Below, in pieces: positions 1 through 10,480 of a stretch of DNA of 52,528 nucleotides. The position numbers and the translations under genes are program-made. Each line of letters starts with the position of its first letter. The first letter of the stretch is position 1. The notes under the pieces are model-generated. The model did no database searches. It saw only the letters and a list, made by a program, of their open reading frames with translations, and was not told the origin of the DNA. The stretch is from positions 1 through 52,528 of IMG/VR virus record IMGVR_UViG_3300032332_001158, one strand, 5' to 3'. Source of the stretch: a virus (Duplodnaviria; Caudoviricetes).

Positions 1-74
1 CCATTAACATATTTAACAATGACTATACATTCATATGGATTAGTCATTTGATATTTATCATATTTGATTTCCAT
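1..74 (-). CDS. 5' part of a hypothetical protein (MEIKYDKYQMTNPYECIVIVKYVN...), runs off the window
   Basis: ATG at 74, 1 nt after the stop of 76..492; frame stays open to the window edge. Confidence 0.6.
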   Translation of the reverse strand, partial: MEIKYDKYQMTNPYECIVIVKYVN

Positions 75-75
75 A

Positions 76-492
76 TTAATAATCTCCTCCTACTGTTGTT
101 ACTTCAAATCCTGTTCCAGCTCCCGGTGCTGTACCTGAAACTCCATAAATAACGTAACTAGCTGGTATGGCTACATTAAGTGGGACTTCAAAATCATTTT
201 GTGCTAGTATAGACGATGATGTTATAACAGGAATGGATAACTCAGCATATAATGAATTATTAGCTCCATTAGTTGTAGCTGAACCATTATTTAAAAAAAA
301 TCTTAAAACAGTAGCTCCGGTTGAACCTGATGGTTTAACTCGTATTTTATTAACATAACTCCCACTAGTTCCGGCTACGAATAAAGAAGCACTAGTACCT
401 GTAGTCATGTCAAAAGTGTTATTGAGTGTGTTAATTGAACCAAAACCTAGGTTTGGTGTTTGTGTAAAAATTGGTGCTGTATTTTGAGCCAT
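76..492 (-). CDS. putative virion/tail fibre-associated beta-rich protein
   Basis: 138-aa ORF rich in S/T/G, in the fibre cluster, preceded by the ATATTTATA motif. Confidence 0.55.
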   Translation of the reverse strand: MAQNTAPIFTQTPNLGFGSINTLNNTFDMTTGTSASLFVAGTSGSYVNKIRVKPSGSTGATVLRFFLNNGSATTNGANNSLYAELSIPVITSSSILAQNDFEVPLNVAIPASYVIYGVSGTAPGAGTGFEVTTVGGDY

Positions 493-509
493 ATTTTTAT
501 TTTAATTTA

Positions 510-519
510 TTATAAATAT
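510..519 (-). promoter_or_regulatory. class 1 motif ATATTTATA (representative of 17 intergenic copies), putative late promoter
   Basis: plus-strand TATAAATAT at 511, 1408, 10466, 13979, 16992, 17559, 19746, 25854, 26574, 33525, 35443, 37231, 41018, 42404, 43130, 49086, 50172. Confidence 0.7.
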
Positions 520-521
520 TA

Positions 522-1400
522 TTAAGGCATAAAATAGCCTATTGAAACCGCATATACTAATCCTAAATTTGTACCTCCACCACCTCCACTACCCGCATTT
601 AAAGCATATGAAGCAGTTAAAGCATAAGAAGCTGATAAAGCTGGGTTGGAGCTGTTATGTATAGAACCTGTGACATATGAAGCAGTTGTAGCTTGAGAAG
701 CACTTTGAGCCCAACTGGAGGTTATTTGATATGTTCCTATTGGTAAGAATGAAGCTGTTAAAGCATAACTAGCTGATAATGCGTAACTAGCTGATAATAC
801 GGGGTTAGTATTTGTAAATATACTTCCACTCACATAACTCGCTGTACCTAGTAAACTACCTGTTAATGAACCTGATGCTCTTAATGATAAAGATGATGTT
901 AAAGCATTTCTAGCCCAACTTGCTGTTCCAAATAATCCATTACTAGCAGTAATATTATTTACTGTTAATGCTTGGGTATTATAATCATATGTTATATTAG
1001 CATTAAGTAATTGATTATTACCACCAAATCCTCCATCTGGATATACAGGTATGCTGTAAGTACCAGGTGATACATTTTCCGCTATATATATTTGATTAGC
1101 ATAAGTAGCTCCATTAGCAAATAAAGCATTTGATGCCCAACTTGAAGTTCCTTGTAGGCTCCCAGTTATACCTGCTGTTGCTCTTATACTTCCTGTTACA
1201 GTTAATGAACCAGTAATTATAGCTGAACCAGTGTAAGGAAAAGAAGATCCTCCACTACCTGTAAATTCTTTTACAACATTACCTGACCCACTACCATAGT
1301 ATAATTTTCCATCTTTAGTATTAATAGCTAATTCGCCTTGAACTAATGATGAAGGTACTACTCCTGAGCCTGTACTATTTTTTATTATTATTGTAGCCAT
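522..1400 (-). CDS. tail fibre-like protein with Mtd/hyaluronidase-type N-terminal motif
   Basis: LVQGELAINTKDGKLYYG N-terminal motif; repeated TGSLxGTAS and ASYALTAS segments. Confidence 0.65.
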   Translation of the reverse strand: MATIIIKNSTGSGVVPSSLVQGELAINTKDGKLYYGSGSGNVVKEFTGSGGSSFPYTGSAIITGSLTVTGSIRATAGITGSLQGTSSWASNALFANGATYANQIYIAENVSPGTYSIPVYPDGGFGGNNQLLNANITYDYNTQALTVNNITASNGLFGTASWARNALTSSLSLRASGSLTGSLLGTASYVSGSIFTNTNPVLSASYALSASYALTASFLPIGTYQITSSWAQSASQATTASYVTGSIHNSSNPALSASYALTASYALNAGSGGGGGTNLGLVYAVSIGYFMP

Positions 1401-1415
1401 TGTCTTGTATAAATA

Positions 1416-2438
1416 TTAAAAAGTACCTCCATTTATTATTCCATCAAAGTATGATGCTGTTAAAGCAAAACTAGCTGTTCCTTGTAAAGATCCTGTAAAT
1501 GAACCACTAAATGAACCTGTATTACTTAAAAATTGATCTACTCTATTTACTGTTAATATTACTGATGGTATTCCTGGATGTCCTCCTCCAGCAACTTCCG
1601 CTAATAGCCTTATAGCAGTGTCTGGTGAATACCATATCAATTGATAATAATCGTTTGCTGCGGAGTTAACAAAGAAATTCCAAGCTGCTACATTTTTAGC
1701 ATTATTACCTACTAAACTAATAGTAGTAGCAGTATCAGTAAGATCAACACCATTTTTTCTAAGCCAAATTACTATCTCATCTGTTCCACTATCTGTTTTA
1801 TCAAGTTGAGCTGAAAATTGAATATCATATACTCCAGCGTTTTCTATTTTAATATAAGTGTTAAAAGGATTTGTTGATCCAGATATTGATACCCCATTTG
1901 AAATGTCTGTTGTATTAAAAGACATTGAACGGGGAACATTACCTACTGGGTTAGTTTGGGTGGTTGTGTCATAGAAACTACCATAAGAACCAGTTGCAGT
2001 ATTAAACCCACCTCCTCCTCCTCCAGTTGAACTAATTGTCACTTGCCCGATCCCAGTAGTTGGTGATAATGTGATATTAGGTCCTGCTAGTAATCGAGTT
2101 ACACCTCCATTAGAGGCAAATGAAGCACTTACTGCTTGTATAGCATTATTAGCCCATGATGCTGTGCCTTGTAAACTACCTGTGAATGAAGTAGCTATCA
2201 AACTACCTGTTAAATTAACTATATTGTTAATCTTGTCAAAAGTAAAATTACCACTACCACTTGTAGTGTTAGCATCATTAAATTGAATTGATTGATTAGG
2301 ACCAGCAGGAGCTGCCACAGCAGTAACTGTGAATGCAGAACCAGTTCCATCAAATATATTTACACCATCCGGAGTTTGTAATACTCGCTGGTAGGTGTTT
2401 TCTATATTTTTGCCTGTAAGATCCCATTGATTAGGCAT
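1416..2438 (-). CDS. fibre protein with C1q/TNF-like (BclA C-terminal-like) domain
   Basis: YGSFYDTTTQ...FNTTDISNGVSI...NAGVYDIQFSAQL beta-sandwich pattern; ends INGGTF. Confidence 0.6.
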   Translation of the reverse strand: MPNQWDLTGKNIENTYQRVLQTPDGVNIFDGTGSAFTVTAVAAPAGPNQSIQFNDANTTSGSGNFTFDKINNIVNLTGSLIATSFTGSLQGTASWANNAIQAVSASFASNGGVTRLLAGPNITLSPTTGIGQVTISSTGGGGGGFNTATGSYGSFYDTTTQTNPVGNVPRSMSFNTTDISNGVSISGSTNPFNTYIKIENAGVYDIQFSAQLDKTDSGTDEIVIWLRKNGVDLTDTATTISLVGNNAKNVAAWNFFVNSAANDYYQLIWYSPDTAIRLLAEVAGGGHPGIPSVILTVNRVDQFLSNTGSFSGSFTGSLQGTASFALTASYFDGIINGGTF

Positions 2439-2451
2439 AACTTTTATTTAA

Positions 2452-3012
2452 TTATTTTTGTGGGAGTTTTTCTATAATCCCATTTATAATATCTTGAACT
2501 ACTTTTTGTTCAATTTTATTTTCATTTAAATAAGTACCAACTATATTATTTAATTTGTCTTTTTTAACTGTTAAGTTTTTAAGATTAATATCTTCTTTAA
2601 CTAACATTTTAACTAATCGAATAATATGTTCAGTTACTGGGTCTACTTCTTCAATTCCTGTAATTTGAATTTTAGGAGTATTTTCTTTTATAATCTCAGC
2701 ATCATTTGATTTAACTTCTACAGTTACTTTACGAGACGCTTCAACTACAAATTCTGACTTCCAAGGTGTAAAATACGTATCCTCTGCTATAACCTCAAGC
2801 TTTATTTGACCTGAGGTACTATCTTCTAAAAGACCTTTTAATTTTTTAATAGGTATTGAACACTTACCATCTTTATTAATGGTTCCTTCAAACATTAGAT
2901 TAACATCTTCTGATTCGATGATTAATCTTGCTTGACTGTTTTTTAATGAAGCTCCTTCAAGTTTAATATTACACTCAAATACTTCAGTTTTATCAGTAAA
3001 TAATTTATACAT
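2452..3012 (-). CDS. hypothetical protein, possible Ig/BppU-like N-terminal domain
   Basis: 186-aa ORF, TAATG-coupled; beta-rich N half and helical C half. Confidence 0.5.
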   Translation of the reverse strand: MYKLFTDKTEVFECNIKLEGASLKNSQARLIIESEDVNLMFEGTINKDGKCSIPIKKLKGLLEDSTSGQIKLEVIAEDTYFTPWKSEFVVEASRKVTVEVKSNDAEIIKENTPKIQITGIEEVDPVTEHIIRLVKMLVKEDINLKNLTVKKDKLNNIVGTYLNENKIEQKVVQDIINGIIEKLPQK

Positions 3013-3338
3013 TACATTTCTACTTTTATGTTTATACCTAAGACTTCCTTAGCTACTAAGGATACGTCCGATATACGTATTTTATGTTCTAGTACTTCTT
3101 TAGTTTCTTTATATTCTTTACCTTCTACTTTACAAAGCAATTTTATGAATTTCTTTTTCTTATCTGGATGTTTACCAAAGAAATCATCTGGTGTATATCC
3201 TCCACCTAATGCCTCTACTACCTCGGTTATAAGTGCGCAATCATCCCAGGTAAACGGATTTTTACTCTGGTTCGAAAATGGATTCGACTCCCAAAAGAAA
3301 TTTGCATTACCCCACTGAAATGGCGTTCTTACACTCAT
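3012..3338 (-). CDS. hypothetical protein
   Basis: 108-aa ORF coupled on both sides by TAATG overlaps. Confidence 0.6.
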   Translation of the reverse strand: MSVRTPFQWGNANFFWESNPFSNQSKNPFTWDDCALITEVVEALGGGYTPDDFFGKHPDKKKKFIKLLCKVEGKEYKETKEVLEHKIRISDVSLVAKEVLGINIKVEM

Positions 3339-3808
3339 TAAAATGTACCTCCATTAATGAATGAAGCGGTTTGAGCATTTAGTACACTCATAGAACTAGT
3401 AACATTACTAGCTATTAAAGTGCTACCATTCCAAGTAAATGATGACCCTGTTATAAAAACACTACCTGTAAATTGGTGAGTGTCATTTAAAGCATCTCCA
3501 AATATTGTAGATCCACTACTATATGAAGATGTAACTGCTATAACACTATTTAAATATGCTGTACCACCAACCGTTAAATTTCCTGTTATAGATACACTTT
3601 GAGTTAATGGTCTTACATATGAGGCTGTAGCTGCTAAAGAGACTGTAGTATCTAATGTACCAGGGATGATTTGTTGGTTTGAGTCAAATATTATCTCTCC
3701 ACTTGTTCCTAAAGCCCGGAATGAAGTTACAGTAGTAGCATTAAGAACCTTAGTCTCATATGAGTCTACATTTGTATTTAATTGATCAAATATAGTTTGT
3801 TCAGCCAT
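3338..3808 (-). CDS. short fibre-like protein
   Basis: SSGSTIFGDALNDTHQFTGSVFITGS motif; ends INGGTF like 1416..2438. Confidence 0.6.
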   Translation of the reverse strand: MAEQTIFDQLNTNVDSYETKVLNATTVTSFRALGTSGEIIFDSNQQIIPGTLDTTVSLAATASYVRPLTQSVSITGNLTVGGTAYLNSVIAVTSSYSSGSTIFGDALNDTHQFTGSVFITGSSFTWNGSTLIASNVTSSMSVLNAQTASFINGGTF

Positions 3809-4338
3809 TACTTATAATATTTTAAATAATCCATTTTTAAAAATTCATTTAATCCTAATACATCCTCTGTTGTTTCAGCTTTTTTAATTGAATAAAAATT
3901 ATAATCTGCTACAGTTTGTTTTTCACCTGTTAACATCCATTGAATAAAAAATGGATTATAAAGAGTAAACATTGGATTTTTAGAATTATTCAATTTATCA
4001 TATTGATCTTTTGTTAATTCTTCAAATAAATATTCATTTCTTTTTTTAGAAAAGTATCTAGTAAACATCCCATTTTTGTAATCTTGTTCAGTTGGATATA
4101 AAGGTGGAACAAAAGATGTCGTGAGTGATGGAATAGTAGGAGGAAATATTAAACCTTCATTAATTACACCAAGTAATTGATTTAATCCATCTCCAGGAAA
4201 TTTTCCAGTATATCTTTCACCATTATATAATTTATAATAGAAACCATAATATCTTACTCCACTGCTTAATATATATAAATTATTAAGTTCTGTAGCAATT
4301 TGGTTAGTTTTTATTTTATTTTTAGGGTAATAGGTCAT
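3808..4338 (-). CDS. hypothetical baseplate-region protein
   Basis: 176-aa Tyr-rich ORF, ATGA-coupled to the hub gene. Confidence 0.55.
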   Translation of the reverse strand: MTYYPKNKIKTNQIATELNNLYILSSGVRYYGFYYKLYNGERYTGKFPGDGLNQLLGVINEGLIFPPTIPSLTTSFVPPLYPTEQDYKNGMFTRYFSKKRNEYLFEELTKDQYDKLNNSKNPMFTLYNPFFIQWMLTGEKQTVADYNFYSIKKAETTEDVLGLNEFLKMDYLKYYK

Positions 4339-7300
4339 GATGCTATAGGGGCTTTAAATACTAAAAATGTATAACTATTTTGAGGATTTGTTTTTGGATT
4401 ACTATATACAAATCCTAAGCCATAGTTATTTTTTCTATCACATGCCCAATTAGAAGTATTCCAATCACCAACATATATTTGAGTATGGAATTTTTTATTA
4501 TCACTAGAATAGTATACTATAACATCTCCTTCTACCCAAGGTTGATTTGCACCTGAAGTATCTGGGACTCCATTACTTATGTAGTCTTTTACTTGAGTTT
4601 TTGTCAAATTATTTCCTACATTATATTGTGTGTATCCTAGTGCTATTAATTTATTCCAATAGTCACTACTATTAGCATTTCCACCAGCGCGAATATTTTG
4701 GCCTTGAGTAGCGCTTCTTCCTTTTTGTAATTCAACTAAATTTCGAGCTACATTATACGTTCCTCTACCACACATTGCAGGATCGGCATCATTTTGAGCA
4801 TCAGGAGGAGTATTAACATATGTTGCGTTCGCTGCCTGTTTGATTAAAGATTTTTGATTCTCAGTAGTTGATGAACCTGGAGGTAAAATTGTAGATGGGG
4901 ATGGTGATGGTGAAGTTGCTGGTTGTTGGGTTGTATTAGCGTTTGAGGTAAGTACTGTGATGTTTGGAGCTTCTTTAGCTACTATCCCATCCCATTTTGG
5001 TCCAGATATACTAGTAACTGTAGTTGTCCAATCATTATTTGCTATTTTATGGGACAATCCAGTTACAATAAATTGTATTCTATCTCTATAATTAATAGGC
5101 AATAGTCTATCATCAGCAGTGTATGATTCAAATAGTTTCATACCACTTAAACCATCCATTGTTAATTCTAGATCAATAGGAAGAAATCCAACTCCAGGAA
5201 TAATATCTTGATTAACAAATGTTCCTATTTCATATTTAAATAAATCAATACATGGGTTTTTCCAAGCATCAATTTGTTTTGAACCTATTATACCTTGATT
5301 TATTTCTCCATATAAACTTGTAAAAATATTTACATTAGATAAATAATCATTATCAGCTGTGCCTGTTGGTGTATTACCTGCTGCTCCTTTATCTTTATTA
5401 ATACGATCTATTAATCCTTTATTCCATTTGCTTAAAGCAGTAGCGTTTTCTCCTACTACATTACCATTAGCTTGAGCACCTACTGATACTTGGGTAGCAA
5501 AATTATTTGATAATTTAGTTTTAACAGTCGCATCTCTTACAAAACTTCCATTATCTATATCTAAAGTATGAGTTATGAATTTAGGAACAGTATTTTTAAA
5601 TAGATCAGGTTTATACTGATTCATTCCTGGGATAAATGTACGGTCTACTATTTTAAATGAATTTTTATTTTCGTCATATAATATATTAAAATTATTTATA
5701 TTACCTAAAGCATTTTGAATTCCTATTAATAATTTATCTAAAAAGTCATATAGTGAAATATTTCCTGTACTAATGTCAACATATCTTTCTAAAGTTTGAG
5801 CAATAAAATTTGTGTTAACAAGTATATTCATACTTTTACCTATATAATCATACTTAGCTATTCTAAAGTCTGAGTTTTCTATTCTTTTATATACATTAAC
5901 ATTATAATTAGGATCGTTATTTTCAGTTTTATCAGAATCTGCTGTTAATTGATCATCAACTGTGTTTCCAATCTTCCAATATGTTATAGAGTATGTGCTG
6001 ATAATAATTGTGATATTATGAATTTCACCCCCACCTTCATCACTAGCAAATGTTTTTTTAACTGAGGTTTTTGATGGTTTAGATACTAAAAATGTTTTTC
6101 CTACATCTCCAGATTGTAACTCATATTGCTTTTTAAATGTTGAGAACCCTCCAGCTTGAGCTGTTCCCCCATTAGTTATTGGAGTTAAGATGTTTATAAA
6201 ATCATCAGCATCTGTAGTTTTGCCTGAATAAACGTCTAATACTCCTTGAAGATCTGGGGCTGTGACATTTTGTTTAAAAATTTCAGGTATCTTATCATCA
6301 CCTAATATTACTTTTTCCCCTGTTGTTTTAGTCACTACATTAGATTTTATATTAGTGGCTAAAAAATTATTAGCTTCTGTTCTATTATTAGCTGTGTCTT
6401 CTTCAAAATCAGGAGCATCTCCTGTATATCCTATAAAAGATACATATAATGAAGCATAATAAGCATTTATGTCTTTTTCATCTCCACTAGAACCATCAGC
6501 ATATAATACACTTGATTTTAAAAATCTTTCACCTCTTGAAAATTCTAATCTATCATCTTGAAATTCTATAGCTTGCCAACTATAAGTAATAGGAATAGCA
6601 TAAAATCCATTTTTTTGTCTGTCAAATGTTGTTTCACTAGGATTAGCTAAGTTCTCAAATACTTTAGATGAAGGTTGAATTAAACATACTCTAGGATCTA
6701 AACTAATTTGACGTGGGATAGTAAACATAAAATTATCCTCTGGGTCAAAATCAAAATTAATTAATGCCTGGTTGTTATTGTCTTTGCTATAGTATAATAT
6801 AAAGTTTTGAATTGTTCGTAATAAACAACCTAGTTTCATATAATATTCACCTTTATATGCTTGATCATCTTCTACTCCGTTTAATTTATTAAATGGAAAT
6901 CGAGCTAAATCAATAGTTGAAGAGGTATTATTATTATTTTGGCTAGGTGTTAATCCTATACCTGCTCCTATTTTTGCAGCTTCAGTAAAACTTCCATTCT
7001 TAACAACCTCATTCATATTTGAGGTGCTAAATAATGATGTTAGGTAATATAATATTTTATTAAGAGTAGATTTATCTTTATTATATTCTATAGCTGTTTG
7101 ATCATTAGTAGCAGTAGTTGTTGCTGAGTTAGTATTATGAGTAGAATTTGATTTTATAGAATCAATGACTGATCCTACTGAAATTAAGGATAATGTAATA
7201 TTATAACTCCCATCTTTTTCTAAATTCCAAGAATAATTTTTAACTACTCCTACTAAAGCATCATAGTTACCATTTGAATTTTTTCTATCAACTTCGATTT

Positions 7301-7961
7301 CATTTAGAATAGATATATAATTTGAACTATTATTAAAGAAAAAATTATCAGTAGCTATATTATGATATGAATTTTTAAGTGTAGAATTAGCTACGCCATG
7401 TTGTCCTGGATTAGTAAAATACATTGCCCACCCCCATTCTAATAACATAGTATAACCTAGTCTTAGATATAGTTTTTCAATTATTTCAAATTGTTCCATA
7501 CTATGACATAAAATTTGTATAGTAGTATCTCTTAATGAACCTTGGTTTAATGATTTAATATCAGCTGAAACTAAACCTGGAGGAGGGACAAAACCATATC
7601 CCGATGTTGATTTCCATCCATATGCTGAGTTTGTGCCTAATTCTACTCCTGTAGCAAATTCAGATATATTTGAGTCTGGGTTAGGTGTAAATCGTGTTGA
7701 AAATAATTGGAATGATTTAGCTAACTTATTGCCTTGTAATTCTTCTGGTATACCTTTAACAACTGAGTCTATATTTACACCTGAGCTTAAGCGTAAAAAA
7801 GCTGTATTAGAATTTTGATATCTAAGAACATCATACTGATTAACTTCTTGTCCTTCTAATAAAGTTAATTTATTATTGGTTAATCTATTAAGTTTTTGTC
7901 TAACATCTATTTGTTTAGAAACCCATTCTTCAAAAGGTGGTCCTACTATTCCTCCAGCCAT
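4335..7961 (-). CDS. putative baseplate hub protein with C-terminal Cys/His (NlpC/P60/CHAP-like) hydrolase domain
   Basis: 1208 aa, follows the tape measure/tube-initiator/LysM-like genes; LRLGYTMLLEWGW and GVVKNYSW motifs; Pro/Ser linker then CGRGTYN...GDVIVY...HTQIY. Confidence 0.55.
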   Translation of the reverse strand: MAGGIVGPPFEEWVSKQIDVRQKLNRLTNNKLTLLEGQEVNQYDVLRYQNSNTAFLRLSSGVNIDSVVKGIPEELQGNKLAKSFQLFSTRFTPNPDSNISEFATGVELGTNSAYGWKSTSGYGFVPPPGLVSADIKSLNQGSLRDTTIQILCHSMEQFEIIEKLYLRLGYTMLLEWGWAMYFTNPGQHGVANSTLKNSYHNIATDNFFFNNSSNYISILNEIEVDRKNSNGNYDALVGVVKNYSWNLEKDGSYNITLSLISVGSVIDSIKSNSTHNTNSATTTATNDQTAIEYNKDKSTLNKILYYLTSLFSTSNMNEVVKNGSFTEAAKIGAGIGLTPSQNNNNTSSTIDLARFPFNKLNGVEDDQAYKGEYYMKLGCLLRTIQNFILYYSKDNNNQALINFDFDPEDNFMFTIPRQISLDPRVCLIQPSSKVFENLANPSETTFDRQKNGFYAIPITYSWQAIEFQDDRLEFSRGERFLKSSVLYADGSSGDEKDINAYYASLYVSFIGYTGDAPDFEEDTANNRTEANNFLATNIKSNVVTKTTGEKVILGDDKIPEIFKQNVTAPDLQGVLDVYSGKTTDADDFINILTPITNGGTAQAGGFSTFKKQYELQSGDVGKTFLVSKPSKTSVKKTFASDEGGGEIHNITIIISTYSITYWKIGNTVDDQLTADSDKTENNDPNYNVNVYKRIENSDFRIAKYDYIGKSMNILVNTNFIAQTLERYVDISTGNISLYDFLDKLLIGIQNALGNINNFNILYDENKNSFKIVDRTFIPGMNQYKPDLFKNTVPKFITHTLDIDNGSFVRDATVKTKLSNNFATQVSVGAQANGNVVGENATALSKWNKGLIDRINKDKGAAGNTPTGTADNDYLSNVNIFTSLYGEINQGIIGSKQIDAWKNPCIDLFKYEIGTFVNQDIIPGVGFLPIDLELTMDGLSGMKLFESYTADDRLLPINYRDRIQFIVTGLSHKIANNDWTTTVTSISGPKWDGIVAKEAPNITVLTSNANTTQQPATSPSPSPSTILPPGSSTTENQKSLIKQAANATYVNTPPDAQNDADPAMCGRGTYNVARNLVELQKGRSATQGQNIRAGGNANSSDYWNKLIALGYTQYNVGNNLTKTQVKDYISNGVPDTSGANQPWVEGDVIVYYSSDNKKFHTQIYVGDWNTSNWACDRKNNYGLGFVYSNPKTNPQNSYTFLVFKAPIAS

Positions 7962-7964
7962 AAC

Positions 7965-8264
7965 TTATGAATTTAATTTGTTGTAATTAGATAATATCTC
8001 ACTTACATTTGTTGGTATACGTATTTGTGTTCCTTCAGGAGGATATAAAGAATTTTGAGGTAGGTTATCATTTGCTATAGAAATAACCCACCATAATGTA
8101 TAATCATTATAGTATTGTTGAGCTAACCTATCATAACGATCTTCAGAGGTAGTTATTACCCATATATCATTTAATGATAAAGGGATAATAGGGTATTTAT
8201 TATCTCTATAATAAGTAATACCTTCTAAGTTTTTTATTTTTTTTATGTCTTGGTAACGGTTCAT
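7965..8264 (-). CDS. LysM-like baseplate wedge protein (P2 gpX / T4 gp53-like)
   Basis: DRYDRLAQQYYNDYTLWWVISIAN...GTQIRIP motif. Confidence 0.75.
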   Translation of the reverse strand: MNRYQDIKKIKNLEGITYYRDNKYPIIPLSLNDIWVITTSEDRYDRLAQQYYNDYTLWWVISIANDNLPQNSLYPPEGTQIRIPTNVSEILSNYNKLNS

Positions 8265-10171
8265 TAAATATTGTAGTTTAATCTAGATGTAGTGTCTAGT
8301 TTATCTGTTATAGCGTCTACTACGTCTTCACCTTGTGAATCTTTAAAGGTTTTTGTCTTCCATATTGACTTTCCAGTTAATGGTGGAATATATATTGAGT
8401 CTTGTCCAATAAATGCTTCTCCATATTGTGGAACAAAATTATGAAGTGGTGTAAAGTCAACTTGTACTCTAATTCCTTTAGGTAATTGCCCAACATATAA
8501 ATCATTATCTGTTGGGAGTATTTGACCTAATGTGTCTCGGTTTATATCCCAACCCATACCTTCTACCTCAGTATAATTAATACTTTTAATAATACAAGGC
8601 ATTCTTCGGAAATAGTTACCCATTGTAAAATTAACTATAGACCCCCTCATTAATCCTGGAATAGGTGTAGAGATATCAGAATATGATGGTGCTACAGCCC
8701 ACATTAAAGCATTTAACTTACGATAATTAGAGATCATATCTCCTCTAGATAAAGTAGGTACTACAAAAGTAACTGATCCTGCTCTAGAGAATCCATTATA
8801 TTTATAAAGATTTTCAGCACGACCCATATATTTTATACCATTCCATTCACCTTGAGCACTATCACTCCATGTTTCAATGTATGCTTTAAAATCAATTAAT
8901 CGATTTTGATCATCATTTGGATTATCATTAAGAATAAGAGTAAAATTAAAATCAACAATATCTTCACCCATCATGCCTAATTCATTTTGATCTAGTGATA
9001 TAGCTATGTTCGGATCAAGAATTCTTTCTCCGTTTTTAAAATTACCTTGATATGTTGTTACTGAGGTTTTGTACTTAGTTTCTCTATTAAATATAGAATA
9101 GTCTGTAGATGGAATTACGTTTTCTCCTTCGTTATCATTTATAGTTTGTCTAAAATCTTTAATACCTACTAAAGCAGTTGATTTGTAAGTAAATTTAGAC
9201 TCTTGAGAAAAAGATTGACTATAATCAAATAAATAAATATCATTATTAGTATCTACAGACGATGCGGGTATATCTTTTCTATTTAAAAGTAAATTAGTAC
9301 TGTCATCAGGATAAAATGGAGTTTGATTTTCTTCTAAATTTTGTTGAAATATAAAAGCATTTGATACTCCAGGATTTTCTATCCTTGGGTTATATTTCCA
9401 ATTTATAGATGGGCGTTTTCCATTACTAATTACTAAATATTTAGGGTCTTTTATATCAGTTGAAACATAAGATGGTTGAAATTTAGATTCTAGTTTTATA
9501 TTTTCAACATCTCTTGTTGGATTTTGTATTCTAATATTAGTTAATCCTATACCTAATGGAGCTCCTGGTCCTCCAGAATATGATAGTAATGTATTGTTTG
9601 TTATGTTAGTTATGCCAAATGGATTTATACTTAGTGGACCTAATTCTTGTTTAGCTATTTTAGCAGTATATGCTATTGTTAAACGATTTTCTATTGTTCC
9701 ATCTGATAATGTTTGTAATGATGGGGATGTACCAAAACCTCTAGTAGCGAAATAATAACCATATGTTCCACCTACATAATAACTTGGTTCATTTGGACTT
9801 ATACCTTGTTTATTTAAATGTCCTCCTGTGGATACTACACCTGCTTGAAGTATAGTAGAAAATGGGTTATACACCCTATTAATATTTACTAATTTAGGGT
9901 TTTGTCTTTCTAATAACTCTTGTTTAGTTGTGAATAAAATTCCATTTGGAGATTTAATATCAGTAAAATATTTTGTTAATCTACTAACATCCTCTAATGA
10001 ACTTTGAGGATTTAAATATCCATTTCGTAATAAAAAATCAGGAGAAGTCAATACCCTTTCCTCAGGTATTGGGATTTGGATATAAGGTTGATCACTAGAT
10101 GCTCCTCCAGGTCTGTCATCTCCATATCCTAAAGACTTTAAATTAGTTTTTAGGTCTATTAAGGCGGGCAT
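8264..10171 (-). CDS. putative baseplate tail-tube initiator (gp48/gp54-like C-terminal domain)
   Basis: FKAYIETWSDS...WNGIKYMGRAENLYKYNGFSR tube-like motif; lies between the tape measure and LysM-like genes. Confidence 0.55.
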   Translation of the reverse strand: MPALIDLKTNLKSLGYGDDRPGGASSDQPYIQIPIPEERVLTSPDFLLRNGYLNPQSSLEDVSRLTKYFTDIKSPNGILFTTKQELLERQNPKLVNINRVYNPFSTILQAGVVSTGGHLNKQGISPNEPSYYVGGTYGYYFATRGFGTSPSLQTLSDGTIENRLTIAYTAKIAKQELGPLSINPFGITNITNNTLLSYSGGPGAPLGIGLTNIRIQNPTRDVENIKLESKFQPSYVSTDIKDPKYLVISNGKRPSINWKYNPRIENPGVSNAFIFQQNLEENQTPFYPDDSTNLLLNRKDIPASSVDTNNDIYLFDYSQSFSQESKFTYKSTALVGIKDFRQTINDNEGENVIPSTDYSIFNRETKYKTSVTTYQGNFKNGERILDPNIAISLDQNELGMMGEDIVDFNFTLILNDNPNDDQNRLIDFKAYIETWSDSAQGEWNGIKYMGRAENLYKYNGFSRAGSVTFVVPTLSRGDMISNYRKLNALMWAVAPSYSDISTPIPGLMRGSIVNFTMGNYFRRMPCIIKSINYTEVEGMGWDINRDTLGQILPTDNDLYVGQLPKGIRVQVDFTPLHNFVPQYGEAFIGQDSIYIPPLTGKSIWKTKTFKDSQGEDVVDAITDKLDTTSRLNYNI

Positions 10172-10452
10172 TATTTAGGCTGGTTTAAAGTATAAGGTAG
10201 AGCTTGTCCTGTAGGTGAGATAGATGGGTTAACTCCACCTAAATCTAATTGTGATGGAGTTGGTAAAATGTTTAATGCTCCATCTAAATACTGTTGATAA
10301 TCAGCATTAACTGTTCCAGCATTTTGTCCTGTGATAGAATAACTATCATGCATTTTGGATTGAGCTGTTGCTAATGGGTTAGTAGGAGGTGTATTTCCAT
10401 TAAATGGAGTTAAATTTGAATCTCCTTGTTGTAATTTATCTATTAGTCCCAT
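10171..10452 (-). CDS. small hypothetical tail-associated protein
   Basis: 93-aa ORF with its own ATATTTATA motif, TAATG-coupled to the next gene. Confidence 0.6.
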   Translation of the reverse strand: MGLIDKLQQGDSNLTPFNGNTPPTNPLATAQSKMHDSYSITGQNAGTVNADYQQYLDGALNILPTPSQLDLGGVNPSISPTGQALPYTLNQPK

Positions 10453-10480
10453 AATTATAATTTATTATAAATATTAGATA

